Assembly (NCBI GenBank): GCA_963798845.1 | Contig: CAWCUS010000006.1 | Location: forward strand, 864,001-928,000 | Source of the DNA: an uncultured Gemmatimonadales bacterium | Lineage (GTDB): Bacteria; Gemmatimonadota; Gemmatimonadetes; Longimicrobiales; RSA9 | DNA length: 64,000 nt | Reading direction: 5' to 3' | Shown: piece by piece, positions 47,702-59,484 of the stretch | How the letters are laid out: every line of letters begins with the position of its first letter | Position numbering within the stretch: the stretch's first letter is position 1 | Translations under genes and position numbers: made by a program | Notes under the pieces: generated by a model | Told to the model about the DNA's origin: nothing | Database searches by the model: none | Seen by the model: the letters and a program-made list of their open reading frames with translations, nothing else

Positions 47702-50056
47702 ATGCGACGCGGCCCCCTCGCGCTCATCGCCCTCTTCCTCATCGCGGCCTCGCCGCAGCCCGCCCGGGACCCCGCGCTCCTCGGCTACACGCCCGAGGCG
47801 AGCGCGGCCGAGCGGCGGCTGGAGCAGCAGTTCGACGGCCACCTCGACGCCGCCGATCTGCGCGGCTGGATGGAGGAGCTGACCGACCAGCCGTTCTTCG
47901 TCGGCTCGCCGGGGGACCGCGCGAACGCGCAGTACATCGCCGACCTGTTCCGCTCCTGGGGTTACGAGACCCGGATCGAGACCTACCAGGTGCTCTTCCC
48001 GACGCCGAAGGAGCGGCTCCTGGAGATGACGGCGCCGACGCGCTTCCGGGCGAAGCTCGCCGAGCCGCAGGTGACGGGGGACCGGACGTCGGGCGCGGCA
48101 GGTCGACTCCCCACGTACAACGCCTACTCCGCGGATGGCGACGTCACCGGCCAGCTGGTGTACGTGAACTACGGAATCCCCGGTGACTACGAGGAGCTGG
48201 AGCGGCGCGGGATCGATGTGAAGGGGAAGATCGTCATCGCCCGTTACGGCGGCTCCTGGCGCGGGATCAAGCCGAAGGTGGCGGCGGAGCACGGTGCGAT
48301 CGGCTGTCTCATCTACTCCGACCCGCGCGATGATGGCTACTTCGAGGGGGATGCGTGGCCGGAGGGCGCGTACCGGCCGGAGCAGGGCGTGCAGCGCGGC
48401 TCCGTCGAGGACATGCCGCGCTACCCGGGTGATCCGCTGACGCCAGGCGTCGCGGCGACGGAGGACGCGAAGCGGTACAGCGTGGCCGAGTCGCCGGTCA
48501 TCATGAAGATCCCGGTCCTCCCGATCTCGTGGGGCGACGCGAAGCCCCTGCTGGACGCGCTGGACGGCCCGGTGGCGCCTGAAGGGTGGCGCGGCGCGCT
48601 CCCGATCACGTACCACGTCGGACCGGGCCCCGCGACGGTGCACCTGAAGCTGGCGTTCGACTGGTCGCTGAAGCCGGCCCAGGACATCATCGCGGTGCTG
48701 CGCGGAAGCGAGCTGCCCGACCAATGGGTCGTGCGGGGGAACCACCGTGACGGCTGGGCGATGGGCGCGGCGGACCCGATCAGCGGGCAGGTGGCGATGC
48801 TCGAAGAGGCGAAGGCCGTGGGCGCGCTGGCCCGGTCCGGATGGGCCCCGAAGCGGACCATCGTCTACGCCGCCTGGGATGGGGAGGAGCCGGGACTGCT
48901 CGGCTCGACCGAGTGGGTCGAGGACCACGCCGATGAGCTGCGCACCAGGGCGGTGGCGTACATCAACAGCGACGGCAACGGGCGCGGCTTCCTCGGGATC
49001 GGTGGCTCGCACACGCTCGAGCGCTTCGCCAACCAGCTGGGGAAGGATGTCATCGACCCGGAGACCGGTGTCAGCGTATGGGACCGGGCGCGCGCCCGCC
49101 GGGCCGTGCATGGTGAGGACAAGGTGCTGGACGCCGTGGACATGCCCATCTCGCCGCTCGGTTCCGGCTCGGACTACACCCCGTTCCTCCAGCACCTGGG
49201 GATCCCGTCCCTCAACATCGGGTTTGGCGGCGAGAACGGCGGCGGGCAGTACCACTCCCAGTACGACTCGTTCGACCACTATGTCCGCTTCGGTGATCCC
49301 GACTTCCAGTACGGCATCGCCCTGGCCAAGGTGGCCGGGCGCGCAACGCTCCGCCTGGCCAACGCACCCGTGCTCCCCTTCCGCTTCACGAACTTCGCCG
49401 GGCACGTGGCCGACTACGTTGACGAGGTGGACGAGCTCGCCGGACGCCTGCGGGACGAAGCGAAGCTGCGCAATCGGCTGGTCGCCATGAACGCCTACAC
49501 CCTCGCCTCGGATCCCACCGAGGCGTACGTGGCGCCCGACTCCGAAGCGACGGTGCCGTTCCTCAACATCGCTCCGCTGGAGAACGCCGCGACCAGGCTG
49601 AAGGCCGCGGCGCAGGCGTACGACGCCGCCCTCGGCGTGGCCACCGGACCCGAGGCGGGCGACACCCCGACGGCCGGCACCACGACGGCGGGCACCACGA
49701 CGGGCGAGGGCGCGACCGGCGCCGGCGGCGTCGCCCATGGGATGGCCGGGATCGACACCGGACGGCTCAACGCGCTCCTCATGAGCACGGAGCGGCTCAT
49801 GACCCGCGACGAGGGGCTCCCCCGACGTCCGTGGTTCAAGCACATGATCTACGCCCCGGGGTTCTACACGGGCTACGGCGTCAAGACCCTGCCCGGCGTG
49901 CGCGAGGGGATCGAGGAGAAGCACTACGACGAGGCGGAGGCGTACGCCTCGAAGATCGCCGACTCCCTCGAGCGGGTGTCCGGTGCCCTGGAGCAGGCGA
50001 CGGCGCTTCTGCGGCGCACGTCAGCCGCCGCCATCCCCGTCACGGGGAAGCGCTGA
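47702..50056 (+). CDS. Glutamate carboxypeptidase II-like M28 peptidase (PA and TfR-dimer domains)
   Basis: YVNYG, IARYG..WRGIK, GNHRDGW, DPISG, WDGEE, GSGSDY, YHSQYD. Confidence 0.88.
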   Translation: MRRGPLALIALFLIAASPQPARDPALLGYTPEASAAERRLEQQFDGHLDAADLRGWMEELTDQPFFVGSPGDRANAQYIADLFRSWGYETRIETYQVLFPTPKERLLEMTAPTRFRAKLAEPQVTGDRTSGAAGRLPTYNAYSADGDVTGQLVYVNYGIPGDYEELERRGIDVKGKIVIARYGGSWRGIKPKVAAEHGAIGCLIYSDPRDDGYFEGDAWPEGAYRPEQGVQRGSVEDMPRYPGDPLTPGVAATEDAKRYSVAESPVIMKIPVLPISWGDAKPLLDALDGPVAPEGWRGALPITYHVGPGPATVHLKLAFDWSLKPAQDIIAVLRGSELPDQWVVRGNHRDGWAMGAADPISGQVAMLEEAKAVGALARSGWAPKRTIVYAAWDGEEPGLLGSTEWVEDHADELRTRAVAYINSDGNGRGFLGIGGSHTLERFANQLGKDVIDPETGVSVWDRARARRAVHGEDKVLDAVDMPISPLGSGSDYTPFLQHLGIPSLNIGFGGENGGGQYHSQYDSFDHYVRFGDPDFQYGIALAKVAGRATLRLANAPVLPFRFTNFAGHVADYVDEVDELAGRLRDEAKLRNRLVAMNAYTLASDPTEAYVAPDSEATVPFLNIAPLENAATRLKAAAQAYDAALGVATGPEAGDTPTAGTTTAGTTTGEGATGAGGVAHGMAGIDTGRLNALLMSTERLMTRDEGLPRRPWFKHMIYAPGFYTGYGVKTLPGVREGIEEKHYDEAEAYASKIADSLERVSGALEQATALLRRTSAAAIPVTGKR

Positions 50057-50076
50057 GGGGGCAGCGGGAAAAGCGA

Positions 50077-52125
50077 TTACGGGACGGTTCGCCGCAGCTC
50101 TTCCAGCCACGGCCGGGCCGACGCGTCGCTGGGCGCGCGCCAGTCACCCCGCGGGGAAAGGCTGCCGCCGGACCCGACCTTGGGACCGTTGGGCATGGCG
50201 GAGCGCTTGAACTGGCTGATCTCGAAGAACCGGTGCAGGAACACCTCGAGCCACTTCTTTATGGTGGGGAGGTCGTACTCGTGCCGGTGCTCCGGGGGGA
50301 TTCCGTCCGGCCAGCCACCCTGGTCGCGATCGCCCCATGCCGCGAGGGCGAGGAACGCCACCTTGCTCGGGCGGAATCCGTAGCGCGAGACGAAGTACAG
50401 GTGGAAGTCCTGCAGCTCGTACGGGCCGACCTGCTCCTCGGTGCTCTGGGCCGGCCCGTCGTGGCCGGCCGCTCCCGGAACGAGCTCGGGGGAGATCTCG
50501 GTGTTGAGGATGGCGCTGAGTGTGGCGTTGGTCTCGTCGTCGAACTGGCCGCTCGCCGCCACCCAGCGGATGAGGTACTGGATCAGCGTCTTGGGGACCG
50601 AGGCGTTGACGTTGTAGTGCGACATCTGGTCCCCGACGCCGTACGTGGTCCAGCCCAACGCCGCCTCGCTCAGATCGCCGGTGCCCACCACCAGCGCGTC
50701 GCGGTAGTTGGCCAGGCGGAAGAGGTGCGACGTGCGTTCGCCCGCCTGCACATTCTCGAACGTGACGTCGTAGACCTCCTCGCCGTCGGCAAACGGATGG
50801 CCCAGGTCGGACAGCATCTGGCGGGCTGAAGGGCGGATGTCGATCTCCTCCGCCGTCACGCCCAGCGACCGCATCAGCTGCCAGGCGTTGGACCTGGTGG
50901 TGTCGCTGGTCGCGAACCCCGGCATGGTGAACGCCAGGATGTTCTCCCGCGGGAGGCCCAGGCGGTCCATGGCCCGGGCGCAGACGATGAGCGCCTGTGT
51001 GGAATCGAGACCGCCCGAGACGCCGATCACCACTTTCCGGATCCCGGTGGCCCGGAGCCGCTGCATCAGACCGTGCACCTGGATGTTGTACGCCTCGTAG
51101 CAGCGGGCGTCGCGCTCCCGGGCCTCGCTCGGCACGTAGGGGAAGCGGTCGAGCGGACGGTGCAGGGGGATGGACCCGGAGGGCGCACCAAAGGTGAACG
51201 GGACGCGCCGGATCCGCTGAACGCCCTCGAGGTGGTCTCCCACGGCGTCGTTGAAGGTGGTCAGCCGCATCCGGTCCTGCGCCAGCCGCTCCAGGTCCAG
51301 GTCGGCGAACACCACCTGCTCTTCGTCGCTGAAACGCTCGCCTTCCGCCAGCAGCTCGTTGTTCTCGTAGATGAGCGCGTGGCCGTCCCACGCCAGGTCC
51401 GTCGTGGACTCGCCCGGGCCCGCCGCGGCGTACATGTACGCGGACACGCATTTCCCCGACTGGGCGGCGCACAGGTCCTTCCGATACTTCGCCTTGCCGA
51501 TGATGATGTTGCTCGCCGACAGGTTCCCGATCACGGTGGCGCCGGCGAGCGCCGCGTACGTGCTGGGCGGCACGGGCGCCCACAGGTCCTCGCAGATCTC
51601 GACGTGCAGAGACAGCCCGGTGACGTCGTCGGCGTCGAAGATGAGGTCGCGGCCGAAGGGGACCCGCTCTCCCAGCACCCTGACCTCGCTGGCCACCGCG
51701 TCGCGGCCCGACGTGAACTGGCGCTTCTCGTAGAACTCGCGGTAGTTCGGGATGTAGGTCTTCGGCACGATCCCGAGGAGCCGGCCCCTGTGCACCACGA
51801 GCGCGCAGTTGAAGAGCTTCCCCTCGAAGCGGAGGGGGATCCCCACCAGGAGCACCGGGGACAGCTCGGCGCTCGCTTCCACCAGTCGCCCCGCCGCGTC
51901 CAGCGCCGCGTCCAGGAGCGCGTCCTGCTGGAACAGGTCATCGTTCGAATACGCCGTCAGTCCCAGCTCGGGGAAGAGGGCGATCCCCGCGTGCAGCCCG
52001 TGCGCCCGCCGCGCCAGCTCGAGCGTGCGCTCCAGGTTGAATGCCGGATCCGCTATCCGCACGTGCGGGATGCAGACGGCCGCCCGGACGTAGCCGTGAC
52101 TGTAGATGTTGTCGAAGCCTGGCAT
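50077..52125 (-). CDS. nadE: Glutamine-dependent NAD+ synthetase
   Basis: [52 protein letters not shown]. Confidence 0.95.
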   Translation of the reverse strand: MPGFDNIYSHGYVRAAVCIPHVRIADPAFNLERTLELARRAHGLHAGIALFPELGLTAYSNDDLFQQDALLDAALDAAGRLVEASAELSPVLLVGIPLRFEGKLFNCALVVHRGRLLGIVPKTYIPNYREFYEKRQFTSGRDAVASEVRVLGERVPFGRDLIFDADDVTGLSLHVEICEDLWAPVPPSTYAALAGATVIGNLSASNIIIGKAKYRKDLCAAQSGKCVSAYMYAAAGPGESTTDLAWDGHALIYENNELLAEGERFSDEEQVVFADLDLERLAQDRMRLTTFNDAVGDHLEGVQRIRRVPFTFGAPSGSIPLHRPLDRFPYVPSEARERDARCYEAYNIQVHGLMQRLRATGIRKVVIGVSGGLDSTQALIVCARAMDRLGLPRENILAFTMPGFATSDTTRSNAWQLMRSLGVTAEEIDIRPSARQMLSDLGHPFADGEEVYDVTFENVQAGERTSHLFRLANYRDALVVGTGDLSEAALGWTTYGVGDQMSHYNVNASVPKTLIQYLIRWVAASGQFDDETNATLSAILNTEISPELVPGAAGHDGPAQSTEEQVGPYELQDFHLYFVSRYGFRPSKVAFLALAAWGDRDQGGWPDGIPPEHRHEYDLPTIKKWLEVFLHRFFEISQFKRSAMPNGPKVGSGGSLSPRGDWRAPSDASARPWLEELRRTVP

Positions 52126-52201
52126 CGTCGCCTCCCGATCAGCGGCGTCTAACGCGAGGCGCGGAGACAGCATTCTCACGCGAAGGCGCGGAGAGCGCGC
52201 C

Positions 52202-54457
52202 TCACTCCCTGTTGAGGTCGTCCGGGATGCAGCTCAGCGCGATGTACTCGCACAGCTCGTTCGTGTACACCTCGGTCATGGTGACGTAGCTCGCCATGTC
52301 GAACGCCGCTCCGTGGGCGCCCGGGGGGAAGAAGCGCAGGTCCGCGTCCTTCCCCGCCTTCGCGAACGCGGTGAGCATCTGCATGGTGTTCTGCGGGTGC
52401 ACGTTCTCGTCCATTCCGGAGTGCACCAGGAGGAGGTGCCCCTCGAGCTGGTCCGCACGCGGGATCAGCGACGTCCTCTCGTATCCCTCCTCGTTGTCCG
52501 CCAGCAGCCCCATGTAGCGCTCGGTGTAGATCGAATCGTACAGGCGCCAGTCGGTGACCGGCGAGTTGGAGAGCCCGAGAGCGAAGACATCCGGGTGGCG
52601 GAGCAGGGTGGCCAGCGTCATGAAGCCGCCGTAGCTCGTACCCTGAATCGCCATGCGGCTCCCGTCCACGTACGGCTGCGCGGCGAGCCAGCGGCCCACT
52701 TCGGCGAAGTCGTTCGCTTCCCACTTGCCGAGCTCGCCGTAGACGACCTCCATGAAGTCACGGCCGTAGTTGCCCGAGCCGCGGTTGTTGAGCCCCACCA
52801 CAATGTATCCGTGCTGCGCCAGGTACTGCTGCCAGCCGTTGCTGGTCCAGGCGTCGTACACCTGCTGCGAGCCAGGACCCCCGTAGATGGACAGCAGCAC
52901 CGGGTATTTCTTCGACGCGTCGAAGTCCGGTGGCTTGATCATCGAGCCGTCCAGCTTCTGTCCGTCGGAGGTCGTGAAGGTGAACAGCTCCAGCGGCGAG
53001 TACGCGTGCGACGACACGTACTCGCGCACGCTCGCGTTGTCTTCCAGCTTCCGCACCATCTTCCCGCCGCCCGCCGCAGTCCACAGCTCGATCTGCCGCG
53101 GGGTCTCCGTGTTCGACCAGCGGTCCAGGAAATAGGCAGCGTTCGGACCCATGTCGATGTTGTGTGTGCCTTCCGCCTTCGTGATCCGCCGCTCGTTCCC
53201 GCCGTCGAACCGGATCGCGTACAGCTGGCGCTGCAGCGGGCTCGCCTCCGTCGACGTGTAGTAGATCGTCCTGGAGGCCGGGTCGATCCCCTCCACTCTC
53301 GTCACCACCCACGAGCCCTTCGTGACCTGGTTCAGGAGCTTCCCGTCGTAGCTGTAGCGGTACAGGTGGTTGTAGCCGTCGCGGTCGCTCACCCAGAAGA
53401 ACTCGCGCACGCCCTTCGGGAAGTAGAAGTAGTCATCCACCTGGGCGAAAAAGTCGTACACGTCGATCCATGCGTCCGACTTCTCCTCCATCACCATCCG
53501 CCGCTCCCCCGTACGAACGTCGAAGAAGAAGAGCTGCAGGTGGTTCTGCGCCCGGTTCAGCACCACCACAGCCAGCGTGTTCGGGTCGCTCGTCCAGTAG
53601 ATGCGCGGGATGTAATGGTCCTCGGCCACCCCCACGTCCATCCAACGCTGCTCCCCCGTGGCCACGTCCAGCACGCCGATCTTCACCTGCGGGTTGTGCG
53701 CGCCCACCTTCGGGTAGTTGATCCTGAACCAGCTCGGGTATTCGCCCGACCAGTCCGTCAGCTGGATCGCCGGAACGCCGCGCTCGTCCGTCTGCCAGAA
53801 CGCGATCCGCTTGCTGTCCGGGCTCCACTTCCATGCCTGCGCGAACCCGAATTCCTCCTCGTACACCCAGTCGAACACCCCGTTGAACACGCTGTCCCCG
53901 TCCACGGCGGTCAGCTGCCTCGACGTGTCCGCCTCCATGTCCCGAACGTAGATGTTCCCGCCCCGCTCGAACCCCAGCAGGCTGCCATCCGGAGAAAGAT
54001 CCGCCGTCCGCGCATCCTTGACGCCGAGCCGGAGCGCGCCGCCCGACAGCCTGTAGATGTAGAAATCCGCAAGCCCGGACCGCCGGTAGATCGGCCGGAA
54101 ATTGGTCTGGAAGACCAGGTGCCTCGAGTCCTGCGAGATCTGGAAGCTCCGGTAGCTGATCGGCTCCGCCGTGCCGGGCAGCGTCAGCTTGCGGGGATCG
54201 AACAGCTCCTCGTCGCTCAGCGCCTTCGGGTCGTACACCCGTACCTCCGGCGTACCGCCCTCGGCTCGCCTCGTGAACACGAAGCGGTTCCCGCTGTCGA
54301 TCCAGTTGAGGCTCTGCGGGCCGCCCGCGCCCGACAGCCGACTCGAGACCATCAGCGCTTCCCGCACGCTCCCGATCTGCTCCTGCCCCTGTGCACTCGT
54401 GCCTCCCGCCACCACGAGCAGCCCGAGACCCAGCGCCAGCCAGCTCTTCCTCACCAT
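52202..54457 (-). CDS. Dipeptidyl peptidase IV (S9B)
   Basis: Signal peptide at 54457; DWVYEEE, YGGPGSQ, GTSYGG, DENVH. Confidence 0.9.
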   Translation of the reverse strand: MVRKSWLALGLGLLVVAGGTSAQGQEQIGSVREALMVSSRLSGAGGPQSLNWIDSGNRFVFTRRAEGGTPEVRVYDPKALSDEELFDPRKLTLPGTAEPISYRSFQISQDSRHLVFQTNFRPIYRRSGLADFYIYRLSGGALRLGVKDARTADLSPDGSLLGFERGGNIYVRDMEADTSRQLTAVDGDSVFNGVFDWVYEEEFGFAQAWKWSPDSKRIAFWQTDERGVPAIQLTDWSGEYPSWFRINYPKVGAHNPQVKIGVLDVATGEQRWMDVGVAEDHYIPRIYWTSDPNTLAVVVLNRAQNHLQLFFFDVRTGERRMVMEEKSDAWIDVYDFFAQVDDYFYFPKGVREFFWVSDRDGYNHLYRYSYDGKLLNQVTKGSWVVTRVEGIDPASRTIYYTSTEASPLQRQLYAIRFDGGNERRITKAEGTHNIDMGPNAAYFLDRWSNTETPRQIELWTAAGGGKMVRKLEDNASVREYVSSHAYSPLELFTFTTSDGQKLDGSMIKPPDFDASKKYPVLLSIYGGPGSQQVYDAWTSNGWQQYLAQHGYIVVGLNNRGSGNYGRDFMEVVYGELGKWEANDFAEVGRWLAAQPYVDGSRMAIQGTSYGGFMTLATLLRHPDVFALGLSNSPVTDWRLYDSIYTERYMGLLADNEEGYERTSLIPRADQLEGHLLLVHSGMDENVHPQNTMQMLTAFAKAGKDADLRFFPPGAHGAAFDMASYVTMTEVYTNELCEYIALSCIPDDLNRE

Positions 54458-54671
54458 GCGTCCTCCCGCCGTGTGGCCCCGCTTCGTCGCCGCTCGCCGG
54501 CGGACGACCTCGCTCGCGAGCGGCCCCGCACGCCCGCACGAGCTTCGCCCGGCAACATATCGGCGATCCCCAGCCGCCGCACGGGGACGCCTCGCCCGAC
54601 CGTCACCGCATGGCCGCTGCTCTGCGCGTCGCCACCGGCCCTCCCGGTTCCCGCTGCCGGTGCGCCGGGTA

Positions 54672-54713
54672 TTGACGGACACGGAGGTCCTGAATAGTGT
54701 TAGGCGAGCCTAA
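54672..54713 (+). promoter_or_regulatory. Sigma70 promoter (TTGACG-N17-TAGTGT) with DtxR/IdeR-like operator TTAGGCGAGCCTAA
   Basis: -35 at 54672-54677, -10 at 54695-54700, palindrome at 54700-54713 directly before a DtxR-family gene. Confidence 0.75.
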
Positions 54714-54734
54714 AAATTGTTGGGAGGAGGGATT

Positions 54735-55808
54735 GTGCCGCCTGATCCGGGGTTGAGTCTGCTGGTGTTCGGCGTGGTGTCGCTGGTGCTGGGGGTGGCG
54801 TTCTGGCCGCGCTCGGGGCTGGTGCCGCGCCTGTCGCGCATGCGGCGGGAGAGCGAGCGGGTGCGTCTGGAGGACGGCCTCAAGCACCTGCTGGAGTGCG
54901 AGCGGACGGGGCGGGCGTGCACGCTGGAGAACCTGGCGGGGCGGCTGGAGGTCACGCGGGGGGATGCGTCGGACGTGCTGACCCGGCTGGCGCAGCGGGG
55001 CCTGGCGGAGTCGCGGGTGTCCGGGTTCGGACTGACGGAGGATGGTCGGGCGTACGCGTTGCGGATCGTGCGGACGCATCGGCTGTGGGAGCGGTATCTG
55101 GCGGATCGGACGGGAGTGCCGCCGGGGGAGTGGCACGCTGAAGCGGAGCGGGTGGAGCACGTGATGACGGAGGAGGAGGCGGATCGGCTGGCATCGCGGC
55201 TCGGGCACCCGCGCTACGATCCGCACGGCGATCCGATCCCTACGGCCACGGGGGAGATCCCGGCGCCGGAAGGAATCCCGCTGACGCGGGTGGAGGAGGG
55301 GCGGGCGGTGGTGGTGCGGCACGTGGAAGACGAGCCGCCGGAGGTATACTCCCGACTGGTCGCAGCCGGCCTCGCGCCGGGCGCGGCGGTCGAGGTCGTG
55401 CGGGCAGTGGATGGGCGCGGGGAGGGCGGGATGGTGGCGCTGCGTGCGAACGGGGAGGAGCGGGAGATCCGGGCGGTGGATGCGGCGAACGTGACGGTGG
55501 AGATCCTGCCTCCGGGCGCGGGCGCGCCATCGGGCGGGCGAACCCTTGCGGAGGTGGCGCCGGGTGAGTGGGTGCGGGCGACGGGGATCTCGCCGTCCTG
55601 CCAGGGACCGCAGCGGCGTCGTCTGCTGGACCTCGGGGTGGTACCCGGAACGGTGATCGTTCCGGAGCTGGTGAGCACGTCGGGCGACCCGGTGGCGTAC
55701 CGGGTGCGCGGCGCGCTGATCGCACTGCGGCGTGAGCAGGCGGCGTGGATCGGGGTAGAGCCCGCGGCGGCGGAGGAGGCGGCACCGGAGCTGGAGGAAG
55801 CGAGCTGA
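54735..55808 (+). CDS. DtxR/MntR-family regulator with N-terminal TM helix and two FeoA/SH3-like domains
   Basis: Hydrophobic N-terminus; [43 protein letters not shown]...[17 protein letters not shown]. Confidence 0.85.
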   Translation: MPPDPGLSLLVFGVVSLVLGVAFWPRSGLVPRLSRMRRESERVRLEDGLKHLLECERTGRACTLENLAGRLEVTRGDASDVLTRLAQRGLAESRVSGFGLTEDGRAYALRIVRTHRLWERYLADRTGVPPGEWHAEAERVEHVMTEEEADRLASRLGHPRYDPHGDPIPTATGEIPAPEGIPLTRVEEGRAVVVRHVEDEPPEVYSRLVAAGLAPGAAVEVVRAVDGRGEGGMVALRANGEEREIRAVDAANVTVEILPPGAGAPSGGRTLAEVAPGEWVRATGISPSCQGPQRRRLLDLGVVPGTVIVPELVSTSGDPVAYRVRGALIALRREQAAWIGVEPAAAEEAAPELEEAS

Positions 55809-58045
55809 TGGCGACGAGGCTGGAGACGGAAGCGGGGCGGCCGGCGAGCGCGGGTCACCGTCGTCAGCAGCTCGTGCGTCTGGGCTTGAGCCCGGACCGG
55901 TGGGATTACCTGGTGGCCCTGGCGGGGAACCCGAACGTGGGGAAGACGACGGTCTTCAACGCGCTGACGGGGCTGCGGCAGCACACCGGGAACTGGCCCG
56001 GTAAGACTGTCGCGCGGGCCGAGGGCGCATTCGCGCATCAGGGGAAGCGGGTGAAGGTGGTGGACCTGCCGGGCACCTATTCGCTGCAGGCGGGCAGCTC
56101 GGACGAGGAGGTGGCGCGGGATTTCATCGTGTTCGGGCGCCCGGACGTGACCGTTGTGGTGGTGGACGCCACGCACCTGGAGCGGAACCTCAACCTGGTG
56201 CTCCAGGTGCTGGAGATCACGGATCGGGTCGTGGTGTGCCTGAACCTGGTGGACGAGGCGAAGCGCCACGGGATGCTCATCGACCCGGCGCGCCTGGAGA
56301 AGGAGCTGGGGGTACCCGTCGTCGCCGCCGTGGCGCGCAGGAACGAGGGGATCGACGAGCTTCTGGGCGTCATCGAGGAAGTGGCGTCCGGGACGCGCGT
56401 CACGTCGCCGTTCCGGCTGACGACGCACGCGCCGGAGGTGGAGGAGGCGGTGGCGGAGCTGGTCCCGGCGATCCAGCACGCGTACCCGGGTGTGGCCAAC
56501 GCGCGCTGGGTGGCGCTCCGGCTGCTCAACGCCGACGACGCGGTGCAGCAGGCCGTGCGTGATGGCGAGCTGGGCACCCTGGGTCAGCCGGAGCCCCGGG
56601 AGGGACAGGAGGCCTCGGGCGCGCCGGACGGAGCAGCGATCGAGGGGATCCTGGCTACCGCGTCGCGGCTGCGGTGGAAGCTTCGCTCGGATTTCCACGA
56701 TGCGCTGATGGAACGACTGTACGGCGCGGCCGAGCGGATCGCGCGCGCGTCGCAGACCCGCGGGATCAAGCGTGCGGGATACGAGCTGGACCGGAAGCTG
56801 GACGCGCTGCTCACCAGCCGCCTTTTCGGTTTCCCGATCATGCTGGCCGTGCTGGCCCTGGTTTTCTGGATCACGATCTCGGGGGCCAACATCCCGTCGC
56901 AGTTCCTGTCGAAGGTGCTCATCCACGACGCCGTGCCGTGGCTGCACGGGCTGGCGGGGCTCGTGGGCACCCCCTGGTGGCTCAGCGGGTTCCTGATCGA
57001 CGGTGTGTATCTCGCCACCGCGTGGGTGGTGAGCGTGATGCTCCCGCCCATGGCCATCTTCTTCCCGCTCTTCACGCTGCTGGAGGATTTCGGCTACCTG
57101 CCCAGGGTGGCGTTCAACCTCGACTCCCTCTTCAGGAAGGCCGGCGCCCACGGGAAGCAGGCGCTCACCATGGCCATGGGCTTCGGGTGCAACGCCGCGG
57201 GCGTCGTGGCGACGCGCGTCATCGACAGCCCTCGCGAGCGGCTGATCGCCATCATCACCAACAATTTCTCACTCTGCAACGGCCGCTGGCCCACGCAGAT
57301 CCTGATCGCGACCATCTTCATCGGCGCGCTCGCGCCTGCCGCCTGGGCGGGCATCATCTCGGCCACCGCCGTCGTGGCAATCGCGCTGCTGGGCGTGATG
57401 TTCATGTTCTTCTCGTCGTGGCTCCTGTCCAACACCGTGCTGCGCGGGGAAGCGACGACGTTCAGCCTCGAGCTGCCGCCGTACCGGCCGCCGCGGATCC
57501 TCCAGACGCTCTACACCTCCGTCATCGATCGCACCCTCATCGTGCTCTGGCGGGCCGTGGTCTTCGCCATGCCCGCGGGCGCCGTGATCTGGCTCATCGC
57601 CAACATCCACGCAGGTGGGACGAGCCTGGCCGAATACGCGATCGACGCGCTCCATCCGGTGGGCATTCTGATCGGACTGAACGGCGTGGTGCTGCTGGCC
57701 TACGTGGTGGCGATCCCCGCCAACGAGATCGTCATTCCGACCGTGCTCATGCTCACCGTGCTCACCGCCGGAATCAGCGGGGCGGGGCAGGGGACCGGCG
57801 TGATGTTCGACCCCGGGTCGAGCATGGCCATCGGCACCCTTCTCCACGCCGGCGGCTGGACCGTCCTGACCGGCGTCTGCCTGATGCTGTTCAGTCTGCT
57901 CCACAACCCGTGCTCCACGACCATCTACACGATCTACCGGGAGACGGGCAGCGCCAAGTGGACGGCCGTGGCGACGTTCATGCCCCTCGTCATGGGCTTC
58001 GTGGTCTGCTTCCTGGTGGCGCAGGTGTGGCGCCTGGCGGGCTGA
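55808..58045 (+). CDS. feoB: Ferrous iron transporter FeoB
   Basis: [36 protein letters not shown]. Confidence 0.93.
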   Translation: MATRLETEAGRPASAGHRRQQLVRLGLSPDRWDYLVALAGNPNVGKTTVFNALTGLRQHTGNWPGKTVARAEGAFAHQGKRVKVVDLPGTYSLQAGSSDEEVARDFIVFGRPDVTVVVVDATHLERNLNLVLQVLEITDRVVVCLNLVDEAKRHGMLIDPARLEKELGVPVVAAVARRNEGIDELLGVIEEVASGTRVTSPFRLTTHAPEVEEAVAELVPAIQHAYPGVANARWVALRLLNADDAVQQAVRDGELGTLGQPEPREGQEASGAPDGAAIEGILATASRLRWKLRSDFHDALMERLYGAAERIARASQTRGIKRAGYELDRKLDALLTSRLFGFPIMLAVLALVFWITISGANIPSQFLSKVLIHDAVPWLHGLAGLVGTPWWLSGFLIDGVYLATAWVVSVMLPPMAIFFPLFTLLEDFGYLPRVAFNLDSLFRKAGAHGKQALTMAMGFGCNAAGVVATRVIDSPRERLIAIITNNFSLCNGRWPTQILIATIFIGALAPAAWAGIISATAVVAIALLGVMFMFFSSWLLSNTVLRGEATTFSLELPPYRPPRILQTLYTSVIDRTLIVLWRAVVFAMPAGAVIWLIANIHAGGTSLAEYAIDALHPVGILIGLNGVVLLAYVVAIPANEIVIPTVLMLTVLTAGISGAGQGTGVMFDPGSSMAIGTLLHAGGWTVLTGVCLMLFSLLHNPCSTTIYTIYRETGSAKWTAVATFMPLVMGFVVCFLVAQVWRLAG

Positions 58046-58046
58046 C

Positions 58047-58255
58047 CCCCTCTGCGAGGCCGAAGGCCGAGCCCTCCTGCGAGGCCGAAGGCCCGAGCCC
58101 TCCTGCGAGGCCGAAGGCCCGAGCCCCTCTGCGAGGCCGAAGGCCGAGCCCCTCTGCGAGGCCGAAGGCCGAGCCCCTCTGCGAGGCCGAAGGCCGAGCC
58201 CCTCTGCGAGGCCGAAGGCCGAGCCCCTCTGCGAGGCCGCCAGGCCGAGCCCCCC
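58047..58255. repeat. REP-like tandem array: 8 x 25-26 bp CCTCTGCGAGGCCGAAGGCCGAGCC
   Basis: CTGCGAGGCC at 58052, 58077, 58103, 58129, 58154, 58179, 58204 and 58229; GGCC-GAA-GGCC hairpin; no spacers. Confidence 0.92.
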
Positions 58256-58326
58256 TGGCACGAATTATCCAACAACCCCCACCCACACAACCACTTCCCA
58301 CCTCACACGAAAAGGAGCACGCTCGC

Positions 58327-58896
58327 ATGGCCACCATGGATCACGAGCATGTGAACGGGATGTTGCGGGGCGCGGTGGGTAGCCTGGCCGGTGTCGCGGC
58401 GATGGGACTGTTCTTCCGCGCGGCGGCGAAGCTCAGCGGTGGGTCCGACGGGGAGGATCCAGCGGCGTCGGACGAGGGGCCGGTGGAGCGGATCCACGCC
58501 CTCGACGACATCTCCGCAGTGGGGCAGACGGCACGCGAGGACGAGAACGCCACCGAGGCGGTGGGGCGGATCGGATATGACGCGGTGACGGGGCACGAGC
58601 CAGACGAGGAAACGCGCCACAGGCTGGGCCAGGCGGTGCACTGGGGATATGGCGTGCTCCTGGGCGGACTGTATGGCGCCCTGCGCCCGGAAGCGGGGCT
58701 CCCCGATATCGCCGGTGGTCTCGGCTACGGCACGGCCGCGTGGGTGCTCGGCGACGAGGTGATGGTGCCGCTGCTGGGGCTGTCCGAGGGTCCGACGGCC
58801 CACCCGTGGCAGGAGCACGCAACGGCGCTCGGAGCGCACCTGGTCTACGGCACGATCACGGCGGCGGCGACCCAGGCGTTGCGGCGCATCATGTGA
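58327..58896 (+). CDS. DUF1440-like membrane protein
   Basis: AAGGAG RBS; VHWGYGVLLGGLYG, DEVMVPLLGL, AHLVYG. Confidence 0.7.
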   Translation: MATMDHEHVNGMLRGAVGSLAGVAAMGLFFRAAAKLSGGSDGEDPAASDEGPVERIHALDDISAVGQTAREDENATEAVGRIGYDAVTGHEPDEETRHRLGQAVHWGYGVLLGGLYGALRPEAGLPDIAGGLGYGTAAWVLGDEVMVPLLGLSEGPTAHPWQEHATALGAHLVYGTITAAATQALRRIM

Positions 58897-59441
58897 CGGC
58901 CGTGCACCCGATCCACGACCTCCCTCCCGGCGTGGACGTGCCCGCGCGCGTGAACGCCTACATCGAGATCCCGCGCGGTTCCCGGAACAAGTACGAGGTC
59001 GACAAGCCCACCGGGCTGCTGCGCTTCGACCGGCTCCTGTACAGCGCCGTCCATTACCCCGGCGACTACGGCTTCATACCGAGAACGCTGGCGGAGGACG
59101 GCGACCCGCTGGACGTGTTGATCCTGATCACGGAGCCGACGTTCCCGGGCTGTCTCATGGACGTGAGGCCGCTGGGAATGTTCGAGATGCAGGACGAGAA
59201 GGGTCGGGACAACAAGGTGCTGGCGGTCCCCGTCTCGGACCCGTTCATGGAGGAGTACCATGACCTGGACGACGTCCCGGCGCACACGCTGCGGGAGATC
59301 GACCACTTCTTCGCGGTCTACAAGGAGCTCGAGGGCAAGGAGACCACCACGGGCGGGTGGCACGGCTGCGAAGCCGCGTTCCACGCCATCCGGAGCGCCA
59401 TCCAGCGTTACGATCGGGACGGCGGCCAGAGTCGGCGGTGA
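58893..59441 (+). CDS. ppa: Inorganic pyrophosphatase
   Basis: IEIPRGSRNKYE, YGFIPRTLAEDGDPLD, DEKGRD.K, FFAVYKELE; GTG overlaps the upstream stop. Confidence 0.93.
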   Translation: MTAVHPIHDLPPGVDVPARVNAYIEIPRGSRNKYEVDKPTGLLRFDRLLYSAVHYPGDYGFIPRTLAEDGDPLDVLILITEPTFPGCLMDVRPLGMFEMQDEKGRDNKVLAVPVSDPFMEEYHDLDDVPAHTLREIDHFFAVYKELEGKETTTGGWHGCEAAFHAIRSAIQRYDRDGGQSRR

Positions 59442-59484
59442 CCCCGGATCCGCAGCGGACGGCGTATCGCCGGCCGCGTCGTCG

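Noticed and set aside
46709..54697. Long antisense ORFs 46709..49924 (-) and 52106..54697 (+)
   Set aside because: Shadow frames of the M28 peptidase and DPP-IV genes with no recognisable motifs
58047..58255. Possible CRISPR array
   Set aside because: Units are head-to-tail without unique spacers, and no cas genes are in the window
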